64,000 nucleotides of DNA from Bdellovibrionaceae bacterium UBA6502 (lineage in GTDB: Bacteria > Bdellovibrionota > Bdellovibrionia > Bdellovibrionales > UBA840). The stretch spans positions 90,345 to 154,344 of the forward strand of contig DJMA01000012.1 in the NCBI GenBank assembly GCA_002436415.1. The letters are read 5' to 3'. How positions within the stretch are numbered: the stretch's first letter is position 1; each line of letters starts with the position of its first letter. Shown here one piece after another: positions 1 to 8,220 of this stretch. Position numbers and translations under genes: made by a program. Below the pieces are notes generated by a model. The model made no database searches. It saw only the letters and a program-made list of their open reading frames with translations, and was not told where the DNA came from.

Positions 1-425
1 ATAAGCTCCTGCTTTAATTTGTAATCTTCAATTAAAGAAATTGCTGGCTTGATATCGTAATAAGCATCTGCTGAGTCCGTTGGTTGGCGTTCGTAGTTAT
101 CATAAGTCATGGCTAAATATTTTACTTCTTCTGCGAACAATTCTGCGTCCACTTCTTTGTCAGCATAACCATCAGAATCCGTGTCTAATAAAAGTTTAAA
201 GTCAGTTCCTAAATACACAACTTCCTCAGTTAGCTTCAACTCTGGATCTACTAAGTTGACCTTAGCATCACCTTCTACTTCATAGCTTGAAGATGAAGAA
301 AAGCCTTCAACTGACTCACTTTGAGACAAAGCACTCCACTCACTGCTAATTCCGGCACAATTAGTGAAACCAATCATCGTGAAACTCATTACAAATAGAC
401 TGAGAATTAATTTAATTTTATTCAC
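1..425 (-). CDS. putative lipoprotein, N-terminal part only (gene continues past the left window edge; absent from the supplied ORF track)
   Basis: Hand translation of the minus strand from GTG (425-423) stays open to position 1: VNKIKLILSLFVMSFTMIGFTNCAGISSEWSALSQ... It has a hydrophobic signal sequence ending in a lipobox-like FTNC. A GGGGGA ribosome-binding site lies 6 nt upstream (plus-strand tccccc 432-437). Confidence 0.55.
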   Translation of the reverse strand, partial: MNKIKLILSLFVMSFTMIGFTNCAGISSEWSALSQSESVEGFSSSSSYEVEGDAKVNLVDPELKLTEEVVYLGTDFKLLLDTDSDGYADKEVDAELFAEEVKYLAMTYDNYERQPTDSADAYYDIKPAISLIEDYKLKQEL

Positions 426-458
426 CGCATTTCCCCCAAGATATTCAGCTCTAGTACT

Positions 459-474
459 TGCAAGACCGGTTCCA
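459..474 (-). promoter_or_regulatory. sigma-54 (-24/-12) type promoter, variant TGGAAC-N5-TTGCA
   Basis: The reverse complement of 459-474 reads TGGAAC CGGTC TTGCA, with GG and GC at canonical spacing. It lies about 35 nt upstream of the GTG at 425, the same promoter-to-start spacing as the perfect sites in this window. Confidence 0.5.
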
Positions 475-721
475 AGCTCATCTCAAAGTTAAGCTAAGAA
501 GAACCCAAATTATAGCCACCTGAATCTAGTTAGATTGACCACTTGTATATTTTTTTTTCGATATCTCAATATGAATTTTTTGCGGAGAAGGAATTGAAGA
601 CACTACTTCAAATTTTAAACTGAGTTTAATGACAATTAAAAAGAAACCTAACTCATTGAGTTTGAAAAAATCTTCTTCCAAGTAGAGCTCAGAATCGATT
701 TTTAAAAATAAAAAAACTGCT

Positions 722-2113
722 TTAGGACTTAAAATCCTCTTTAAATATCTGGTGCTTTTTCATCAAATTATTCAACTGTCTTTCACTAATTCCTGCACGC
801 TGGGCCGTTAGATTGATTTTCCCTTCTGTCTCACTTAGGAGCTCTACAAGGTACTGCTTTTCAAAGACTTCTGAGTTTCTTGCCCTAGCACTTGCTAAAC
901 TCAATTCTGTATCAATGGCAAGAATCGATTGTTTATCAACAGCTTCAAAAATCTCCATTGGAAAACTACCAGAGCTTAATTGATGGGACCTTTCTAAAAT
1001 AAAGGCTCGCTCTACTAAGTTTTCTAATTCACGAATGTTTCCCGGCCAGTTGTATGATTTTAGCGCCAACAAACTACTTTCTTCAATGCCATTAATTTTT
1101 TTAGAATGCTCTGAGGAAAGCTTCTCGAGAAGAGTTAAAATTAAGGATTCAATGTCTTCAGCTCTATCTCGTAATGCTGGTACATCCACTGGAAAAACAT
1201 TTAGGCGATAGTATAAATCTTTTCGAAATTTATTTTGCTCCACCAAGTCCTTTAAATTTTCATTGGTGGCGGCGATTACTCTAACATTTACTTTAATGTC
1301 AGACTCCCCTCCAACCCTTTGAAAGATAGAATCTTGCAATACCTGCAAAAGCTTAACTTGAGCTGCGGCACTTAAAGTAGAAATCTCATCTAAAAAAATG
1401 GTTCCTTGATTGGCTAGTTCAAATTTTCCTAGCTTTCTTTTGATAGCACTGGTAAAAGCACCCTTTTCATGACCAAAAAGTTCACTCTCGATCAAACTCT
1501 CAGAAATAGCTCCACAATGTACATGGATAAATTGTCGGTCTTTTCTCTCACTATGACGATGGATTAACTTAGCCATCACCCCTTTACCAACGCCAGTTTC
1601 CCCATTTAACAAAACGATAGAGTTGGTTGGCGCAACCTCTTTGATCATATCGTATATTCGCTTCATTTTAGGATTCTTAGTAGAAACCAGATCATAATCA
1701 TCTGATCGCCAGAACAAGTCTCGCAAAGAGTCTAATTCTGCCTGCCTTCTTTCTTGAACGATATTACGCTCCGTTAAAAGCTTCCACTCTGCCATATCGA
1801 CGGGATGAGTTAAATAATCCACGGCACCTAATTTTATTAGTTCAATTACGTCTCGAATATTATCATTGTCAGCCAAGACAACCAATTGAACTCCAGGACG
1901 CTTTGATTTGATGTTCTTATATTGCTCCGCAGCTGCATCTACAGAACTGCCAAGAAACTTAAACTCCCAAAAAACTAGATCAAAACTCTCTTCGTCAAAT
2001 TTCTTAAAAGCCGTAGGCGGATTGGCTGCTAAAACCACTTCAATAGTTTCCGAAAAAACCTGGTCGGTTTTACTTAAAGCATCTTGTTTATCCGTAGCAA
2101 TTAAGACCTTCAT
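722..2113 (-). CDS. sigma-54-dependent transcriptional activator (NtrC-family bacterial enhancer-binding protein) with an atypical receiver domain
   Basis: AAA+ sigma-54 interaction domain with Walker A GETGVGKG and ESELFGHEKGAFTSA (GAFTGA-loop variant). C-terminal Fis-type HTH (LTAQRAGISERQLNNLMKK). N-terminal CheY-like fold. AAGGAG RBS upstream of the ATG. Confidence 0.9.
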   Translation of the reverse strand: MKVLIATDKQDALSKTDQVFSETIEVVLAANPPTAFKKFDEESFDLVFWEFKFLGSSVDAAAEQYKNIKSKRPGVQLVVLADNDNIRDVIELIKLGAVDYLTHPVDMAEWKLLTERNIVQERRQAELDSLRDLFWRSDDYDLVSTKNPKMKRIYDMIKEVAPTNSIVLLNGETGVGKGVMAKLIHRHSERKDRQFIHVHCGAISESLIESELFGHEKGAFTSAIKRKLGKFELANQGTIFLDEISTLSAAAQVKLLQVLQDSIFQRVGGESDIKVNVRVIAATNENLKDLVEQNKFRKDLYYRLNVFPVDVPALRDRAEDIESLILTLLEKLSSEHSKKINGIEESSLLALKSYNWPGNIRELENLVERAFILERSHQLSSGSFPMEIFEAVDKQSILAIDTELSLASARARNSEVFEKQYLVELLSETEGKINLTAQRAGISERQLNNLMKKHQIFKEDFKS

Positions 2114-2255
2114 CGAGACTCCTTAGACATAGTCTACGCCTGCTTTCTACAGACAGGCAATCTTTGTTTTCGGAAGTCTGATTTCTGCTTTTTCTTTAGG
2201 ATTTCCGATTTGCTCCCTTTCTCGAGGCCTATCTCAAAATAAAAGGCTTTTCAGC

Positions 2256-2271
2256 TGGCACCTAGCTTGCT
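2256..2271 (+). promoter_or_regulatory. sigma-54 promoter TGGCAC-CTAGC-TTGCT
   Basis: Exact -24/-12 consensus. It lies 36 nt upstream of the ATG at 2307 and is divergent from the activator gene at 722-2113. Confidence 0.8.
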
Positions 2272-2306
2272 CATAGAAAGATCGACTGACAAGGGAGAGC
2301 AGTCTC

Positions 2307-2558
2307 ATGAAAGAGAATGGGAAACAGAAATTGGTAGGAATAGTGACCCCATCAAAATGGGATCACAACTTTAAGGCTACCGAGTTTTATCTAGCCCAAC
2401 CTGGTGAGATTAACATACCCCTTCTTTCGAATGAAAAGCTTGATCAAGTCAGTCACTGGAAAACTTGCGTCGTCGAGCTATCTGGCCAAATGATTGGCGA
2501 TAGCTTTTATATAGAGAATTTTATTATTCTCAATTCTTTCGAAGGAGAACAAAAATGA
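2307..2558 (+). CDS. hypothetical 83-aa cytoplasmic protein, first gene of a sigma-54-driven bicistron
   Basis: ORF track entry. GGGAGAG RBS 8-14 nt upstream. The stop overlaps the next start (ATGA). I recognise no family. Confidence 0.5.
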   Translation: MKENGKQKLVGIVTPSKWDHNFKATEFYLAQPGEINIPLLSNEKLDQVSHWKTCVVELSGQMIGDSFYIENFIILNSFEGEQK

Positions 2559-2734
2559 CGAAAAAACTTTTATTGCTATTGTTTGTTGGATTGGCAATGT
2601 TGAACTCACCATCTTTTGCTTTTGCAAATGAAGACGATGACTCTGAAATCATCACTGAAGAGCAAACAGAAGATACTGGAACTTGGAACGGTGGCGAAGA
2701 AGAATCTGAAGGTTCTGACGAAGAAACTGAATAA
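2555..2734 (+). CDS. small secreted hyper-acidic peptide (59 aa, below the ORF-track cutoff)
   Basis: Hand translation: MTKKLLLLLFVGLAMLNSPSFAFA/NEDDDSEIITEEQTEDTGTWNGGEEESEGSDEETE*. AAGGAG RBS 7-8 nt upstream and an ATGA overlap with the upstream stop. It has a classic signal peptide with an AFA cleavage motif. A rho-independent terminator follows. Confidence 0.6.
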   Translation: MTKKLLLLLFVGLAMLNSPSFAFANEDDDSEIITEEQTEDTGTWNGGEEESEGSDEETE

Positions 2735-2826
2735 TAGTCAGTTTCTTTGAGCGGGCCCGTTCAGAAAGACCGACTTCTAAATTTTTAGATTCATTTCCAA
2801 AAATATAGAATTAATTAAAACAAAAA

Positions 2827-2866
2827 GACCTGAAAATGCATTCACCTGCTTTTCAGGTTTTTTTTA
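2827..2866 (+). terminator. rho-independent terminator
   Basis: Stem GACCTGAAAA / TTTTCAGGT with a 13-nt loop, followed by a T-run (2858-2865). Confidence 0.7.
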
Positions 2867-2868
2867 TT

Positions 2869-2884
2869 TGGCATAAAACTTGTT
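2869..2884 (+). promoter_or_regulatory. weak sigma-54-like site TGGCAT-AAAAC-TTGT
   Basis: GG is at the correct position, but the -12 element is GT instead of GC. It lies 34 nt upstream of the ATG at 2917. Confidence 0.25.
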
Positions 2885-2916
2885 ATTTCATTGCCTGACG
2901 ATTTGGAGGTCAGAAA

Positions 2917-3594
2917 ATGAAGTACCTTTTTCTATTTTTAGTGAGCCCCTATTTACTGTGGGCATCTTGTTATAACACCCCAATTAATAGGACTTGTGAA
3001 TACTACCAATGCCTTGAAGATGACTACCAGTGTGGCGCCGATGGCTACCCCTTAGGTTATGGACACAAATACTGCAAACGCTTTAATAGTTTAAACACAA
3101 CTAATGCCTACCAAGGCCTGAGCCTTAGCGAAAAAGGCGTTCACTGGAGAAACCAAACCCTTCGATGCCTGCAAAAAGAATTAGTGATTTATAGTAGCGA
3201 CATCACTCCAGGAGAAAACTATGCCTGTGAAAGTATAAAGAACATTGGCTTTAAGAGTCACGCAAACTGCTATACGCAAATTGACTCATCACTTTGTGAT
3301 CTACCCGTTGGAGACATAACAAGCATCATCCAGGTGGTAGATATTAAAGAATACCGAGACATAAATAGCTGGGCACAAATGAAAGAGGTATTTGGAATAT
3401 GTGTAGATCAGTGGACTAAAGCCTATGAAGAAACGGAAAACAGATTAATGCAATACTCCTTTGTAAACTACGACGAGAGTGCAAATTTCAAAAATCAAAT
3501 TCAACAAGGAAAACTTTTAGAGCTTTCTGAAAAAATCAAATTAGGCTATGAAGTAATCAATAAATCGGAGTATACAAATGACAGAGAGATTTAA
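2917..3594 (+). CDS. secreted cysteine-rich hypothetical protein
   Basis: ORF track entry. GGAGG RBS, an N-terminal signal sequence and many Cys residues (SCYNTPINRTCEYYQCLEDDYQCG...). Confidence 0.6.
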   Translation: MKYLFLFLVSPYLLWASCYNTPINRTCEYYQCLEDDYQCGADGYPLGYGHKYCKRFNSLNTTNAYQGLSLSEKGVHWRNQTLRCLQKELVIYSSDITPGENYACESIKNIGFKSHANCYTQIDSSLCDLPVGDITSIIQVVDIKEYRDINSWAQMKEVFGICVDQWTKAYEETENRLMQYSFVNYDESANFKNQIQQGKLLELSEKIKLGYEVINKSEYTNDREI

Positions 3595-3994
3595 AAATGC
3601 TTTTAAATTTGCAGGCCTCGCAGCAGCTGGTGTATTGATTTTTTATGCAATCACCCGTCTATTGCCTAGCAATAATTTTAATCAAAACTTTTTAGGCAAC
3701 AACCTACTTATAATCAGCCTACCTATAGCAGCCTTTCTATCCGCTGTTTTAGGTGCAAGTTTCCCCAAAATTAACGCCTGGATTTTTAGCTTTCTTCTGA
3801 TCATTGGTACAGCTCACCTTAGCCTTTTTACAATGTTTCAATTAGAGTCGAGTAATCTTGACTCTGGTTTTGAGCTATTTTTAAAAACAGGAATCATCAG
3901 CGGAGCTGCCATACTGCATCTCTACCTACCAGTTAGTCTCGTTTTCTTTTTGTTGTCCATCGCGCTTGTGTTCTTGAGAAAGTATAAGTTTTAA
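3578..3994 (+). CDS. integral membrane hypothetical protein (about 4 TM segments)
   Basis: ORF track entry. Overlaps the upstream gene by 17 nt. Strongly hydrophobic segments. Confidence 0.6.
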   Translation: MTERFKNAFKFAGLAAAGVLIFYAITRLLPSNNFNQNFLGNNLLIISLPIAAFLSAVLGASFPKINAWIFSFLLIIGTAHLSLFTMFQLESSNLDSGFELFLKTGIISGAAILHLYLPVSLVFFLLSIALVFLRKYKF

Positions 3995-4002
3995 ACGAAA
4001 GC

Positions 4003-4036
4003 CTTCCTCGGTCATTCTCTAGGACTGAGGAAGTTT
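4003..4036 (+). terminator. possible terminator hairpin
   Basis: CTTCCTCGGTC ... GACTGAGGAAG stem followed by only TTT. Confidence 0.35.
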
Positions 4037-4185
4037 AAGGCTGAAAAGCAAAAGCAAAGAGAATAAAGTACCAAGGCCTTGCTCTTAAATTAATCAGTCA
4101 CAATACATAAGTCTTTAGGTTTAAAAAAAGGACCTTCAGCTTCTAGTTCCTATATGATAAGATTTTAAATCATACCGAGGAATGC

Positions 4186-5151
4186 ATGAAAACCCTATTT
4201 AGAGAATTAGAGAAAGTATATCGTTTAGTTGATAAGGTAAACGGACATGGCCGCGTCGAATTACTTGGCACTGTTGATGTGAAAGCACATCGTTTACCTA
4301 TTTATGGATTTCAATTTGGCTCAAAAGATCCAACGGCTCCAACCTTTGGACTCTTTGGTGGTTTACATGGCCTTGAAAAAATTGGTACAGAACTAGCGGT
4401 TTATTTTTTGTATAACCTAGTTGAGCGTCTTGAATGGAATAAGCAATTACAAGAACTACTCGAAAAAATTCGCGTTGTTTCCATCCCTCTTTTAAATCCA
4501 GGTGGAATGTATCTTGGAACTAGGTCCAATCCCAATGGTGTGGATCTAAACAGAAACTCTCCTTCCACCAGTGATGGAAAAAAACTATTTCTCGCTTCAG
4601 GTCATCGCCTAAGCCCTAACCTTCCATGGTATGGCGGTGTCAAAGACAAGTTAGAGTTTGAGAATGAAATCCTAGTAGAGTTTGTTAAAAAAAATATGCT
4701 CAACGCAAAGTTCTCATTGGCTTTAGATTTACACTCTGGTTTTGGCGTTAAAGATCGCCTCTGGTTTCCATACTCAAAAACCTCCGAGCCCTTCCCTTAC
4801 TACGACATTGCAAGCCGTATAAAAAATTTAGTCGACTCCAATATGAAGCACCATATTTACCAAATTGAACCTCAGGCTGATAGCTATATCATTGAAGGAG
4901 ATATTTGGGATCATTTGTTTGATATCCACTACAACACCAAAAATCATAAAGAGGATATCTTCGTTCCTTGGACTTTAGAAATGGGTTCGTGGATTTGGGT
5001 TAAGAAAAACCCTCTTCAGTTAATGAACATTGATGGAATGTTTAACCCTTACCGAGAGCATCGTTTTAAACGTGTAATGCGAAGGCATTGGCGCTTACTT
5101 GACCTTTATATGAATCTCTGTGCCAATCACGAGGGATGGTTGTATGAATAA
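4186..5151 (+). CDS. M14-family zinc carboxypeptidase-like protein (DUF2817-like)
   Basis: GGLHGLE (HxxE zinc motif) and NPNGVDLNRN, both typical of M14 peptidases. Confidence 0.7.
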   Translation: MKTLFRELEKVYRLVDKVNGHGRVELLGTVDVKAHRLPIYGFQFGSKDPTAPTFGLFGGLHGLEKIGTELAVYFLYNLVERLEWNKQLQELLEKIRVVSIPLLNPGGMYLGTRSNPNGVDLNRNSPSTSDGKKLFLASGHRLSPNLPWYGGVKDKLEFENEILVEFVKKNMLNAKFSLALDLHSGFGVKDRLWFPYSKTSEPFPYYDIASRIKNLVDSNMKHHIYQIEPQADSYIIEGDIWDHLFDIHYNTKNHKEDIFVPWTLEMGSWIWVKKNPLQLMNIDGMFNPYREHRFKRVMRRHWRLLDLYMNLCANHEGWLYE

Positions 5152-5881
5152 AATATTGTTACTTCGCGGCTTAGGAAGAGAAAAGCTGCACTGGAATGAT
5201 GAGTTTCTAAATTCTTTAAAAAGAAAAGGCCTCGAGCCAATTTGCATCGATCACCCAGGCGCTGGTGACTATCGACAAATTCTAAGCCCTATAGAGATCG
5301 AAGACTATGTCGCTTTTTTACAAACCCAATTTGAAGAACTGGGTTTAAGCTCAGAAAAAATATACCTCTTAGGCCACAGTCTAGGTGGAATGGTTGCTTT
5401 ACGTTGGGCCTACGAATATCCGGAACAATTCCATAAAGTATTTTTACTCAACACCAGTGATGGTGCTAGCTTAGCTTTTCCACTAAGACTTAAACCTTTT
5501 GGACTAAGACAGATTTTTAAAATTCTAAGTTCAAATGAAATTAGCAAGAAAGAAACTGAGGTACTAAATATGATTAGCAATTCACCGAGCGAACGGGACA
5601 AATACCGTACTCGTTGGATTGAGCTGGCCGCTAGACGCCCCATAAAAAGTATCAGTCTAGTAAACCAGGTGATTGCCGCCTCTCGTTTTCAAGCACCGAA
5701 AAGCCTTGAAATCCCCGCTGTATACTTATGCAGTACCGCTGACAAAATGGTTTCCCACAAATGCAGTGAAAAACTAGCCAAACTGCACAAAGCAAAAATT
5801 TATAAGCACGATAAAGGTGGGCATGATTTAGCACTAGATGCACCAGAATGGCTTTCGGATCAAATCAGTAACAACATCTAG
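5120..5881 (+). CDS. alpha/beta hydrolase
   Basis: Nucleophile elbow GHSLGG. The likely true start is the ATG at 5144 (MNKILLLRGLG), which overlaps the upstream stop by 8 nt. Confidence 0.75.
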   Translation: MPITRDGCMNKILLLRGLGREKLHWNDEFLNSLKRKGLEPICIDHPGAGDYRQILSPIEIEDYVAFLQTQFEELGLSSEKIYLLGHSLGGMVALRWAYEYPEQFHKVFLLNTSDGASLAFPLRLKPFGLRQIFKILSSNEISKKETEVLNMISNSPSERDKYRTRWIELAARRPIKSISLVNQVIAASRFQAPKSLEIPAVYLCSTADKMVSHKCSEKLAKLHKAKIYKHDKGGHDLALDAPEWLSDQISNNI

Positions 5882-5915
5882 ACACTGATAGACTCTCTTT
5901 TTGAGAGTCTATCCC

Positions 5916-7253
5916 TTATTGCCCTAGGTATTCTCTGAAAAACTTTATTTTCTCGCTAGTAGGAATTTTTGATTCCGGGGACATTATTTGAATGTAAGCA
6001 TTCACTTCCTCTTGCGATCTTTTGGTATTTATAAAATCATCTCGAGACTCCAACCAAGAACGCCAGTCCCCCGAATAAAATTTTGGCATGATACTTAAAT
6101 ACATACCAAATTCAAACACACTCAAATCTGTTTTTTTCTCCAACACATCCAAGACTTCAAAAAATTCAGGCTTTTTAGTATTCCTCAATACATCCACCTC
6201 TGCGTTTGCAAAACCAAGTAAAAGGGATTGGTACTGAGGCAGTCGTTTCTTTAATGCTTTGGTATTGTGAAGATAAAAGACTTCTGTTAACTCAAGCAAC
6301 TGATCCACATCAGGGTTCACTTTATAGCTCGCAAGTAATTTAAATAGATTGCTAATACTAGCTTCATTACCATGAGTTGGCTGTAACATTTTTGATAGCT
6401 GGAAAGCAATTTCTGAGGACGAAAGGCCGCGTGGGTTTTTCAAATGAGGAATTTGTAAAACATCTTCGATCACAACTTCCATCAATTCTTTTGGATCAAT
6501 CTCTGTTAACCAAAGATCAGCTCTTTCAACTTCGTTTTCTAGTTTTTCTTGTTCATACTTCTTTAAAAAATTTAAAAAGGACTCTTGGTCTAAATTAAGC
6601 TTTCGTTCTTGGTCGAAACTGCGAAATCGAATCCAAGCATCTAGATGAGAATAAGCGTAATTAGGCATAGACATAATGATATCGGTTAAATCAAGGTAAG
6701 ATATTTGCAAATCCATGATTGAATTCAATACATCTCGAAACTGTTTTATGTAACTAAGACCTCTTCCTTTTGACAACAGGGCATTAGAAATCAGAGGAAA
6801 AAAAGCATTTATATAATAACTTTCTTTAGAACGGCGACCTTCTTCTAAAAAACGCAAGGCCTTAAAATTTCTTTTCAAAGCGGGTACAAGGTACAAATTG
6901 GCTTTTGCCAAAAGCTCTAAGCTCTTCTCTGCACCAAAACCAAGTCGGTGAAATTGGCCAATTTGCGCTAAAAGAACATAGTCTGAAATCTCTGATGATG
7001 TGCGAGAAAGGACTTGCTTTAAATCTAAAGTCTCGCCTCTAAAAACAAAAGCCTTTAAACCAGTATCCAGGCTTTCAATCTGGTATAGAGATCGATTGTA
7101 TTCTTTGGATAGGTTTTCGTATTTTTGCTTTTGCAAGTCTTGCAAAGAAACAGAAGAACTCTTACATTGTGTAATCTTTGGTTTACTCGTAGGGCCACTA
7201 ATTCCAAGCAGTGGAAAAACAAGGACTGAAACTAAACAAAGAAATGCCTTCAT
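5916..7253 (-). CDS. secreted hypothetical protein
   Basis: Long ORF with an N-terminal signal peptide (MKAFLCLVSVLVFPLLG). I recognise no family. Confidence 0.65.
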   Translation of the reverse strand: MKAFLCLVSVLVFPLLGISGPTSKPKITQCKSSSVSLQDLQKQKYENLSKEYNRSLYQIESLDTGLKAFVFRGETLDLKQVLSRTSSEISDYVLLAQIGQFHRLGFGAEKSLELLAKANLYLVPALKRNFKALRFLEEGRRSKESYYINAFFPLISNALLSKGRGLSYIKQFRDVLNSIMDLQISYLDLTDIIMSMPNYAYSHLDAWIRFRSFDQERKLNLDQESFLNFLKKYEQEKLENEVERADLWLTEIDPKELMEVVIEDVLQIPHLKNPRGLSSSEIAFQLSKMLQPTHGNEASISNLFKLLASYKVNPDVDQLLELTEVFYLHNTKALKKRLPQYQSLLLGFANAEVDVLRNTKKPEFFEVLDVLEKKTDLSVFEFGMYLSIMPKFYSGDWRSWLESRDDFINTKRSQEEVNAYIQIMSPESKIPTSEKIKFFREYLGQ

Positions 7254-7428
7254 AAAATAGATCTCCTAACGAGAAGATTCTAACATAAATCTCTGGTATT
7301 TTTTGCTAGCTGAAACAACAATGAAATCTCTCCCTAGCCTGTTAAACCTCTTTACAGGCCTAAGAATACCTAAGTCACGCCCAAGTCCAAGAAGTTGAAA
7401 TCATTGCTTTTTTAGAATATTTTTTCTA

Positions 7429-8211
7429 TTAAAGTGCCGGCTGAAATTCGTTTGTTAAAATTTCTTGGGTTTTAATCGCCAAATCTCGACTGTGGTAGCT
7501 CTGTGGTTCATTTAATGGAGCTAAAAACTTTAGTTTAGCAACAAGCTTTTTGGCACGACACAGCTCCCATAAATGTGGGAGAAAATCCATATCTCCATAC
7601 CAACAGACTTTATCACGGTTTTTTATACTAAAACTTTCACCATCAATTTCTAGGTAGTTTAATGAAACAGGTAGGATGTTCTTGTGGGCATACCTTGCTG
7701 CATTGAAAAGGGGTTTTCTAAAACGAAGTAACTCTTCCCCATTGTGACTAGTAGCTTCTGGAAAAAAACAAACATTTAAACCTTTGGTTAAAGCCTGGGT
7801 GATTTCTCCAATTTCTTTTCCCAAATTCTTCTTCGTTTTACGATCCACATAAACACAAGCACCTAGGTCACACAACTGCCCTAAAACCGGTGTATGCTTC
7901 ATCTCTAAGGAAGTGACATAGCAACTAGGATAAACAGAAGATAAAACAAGAATGTCTAGATAGGACATATGATTACAAACCAAAAGAGCATTGTCTTTTA
8001 ATAAATAATTGTGGGCATCTTCCACCTGTACTTCAACATTCAAAACCTTTAATGCTTTTCTGGCATATTTCTGAATGAGTTTAATTCTCTTACGCCTTCT
8101 TATCCATGGGTCTTCCACAGTTCTTCCAAGCATCACTGACTCCCCCACATAACGAAGAATCTCTTTCGATAGAAGACTAAACTTTTTCGCCTGCTCCAGT
8201 CTTGATTTCAT
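7429..8211 (-). CDS. plsC: lysophospholipid (1-acyl-sn-glycerol-3-phosphate) acyltransferase
   Basis: HX4D motif (NHMSYLD) and an FPEATSHNG block. GGGGGATGGG RBS. Confidence 0.75.
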   Translation of the reverse strand: MKSRLEQAKKFSLLSKEILRYVGESVMLGRTVEDPWIRRRKRIKLIQKYARKALKVLNVEVQVEDAHNYLLKDNALLVCNHMSYLDILVLSSVYPSCYVTSLEMKHTPVLGQLCDLGACVYVDRKTKKNLGKEIGEITQALTKGLNVCFFPEATSHNGEELLRFRKPLFNAARYAHKNILPVSLNYLEIDGESFSIKNRDKVCWYGDMDFLPHLWELCRAKKLVAKLKFLAPLNEPQSYHSRDLAIKTQEILTNEFQPAL

Positions 8212-8220
8212 CCCATCCCC

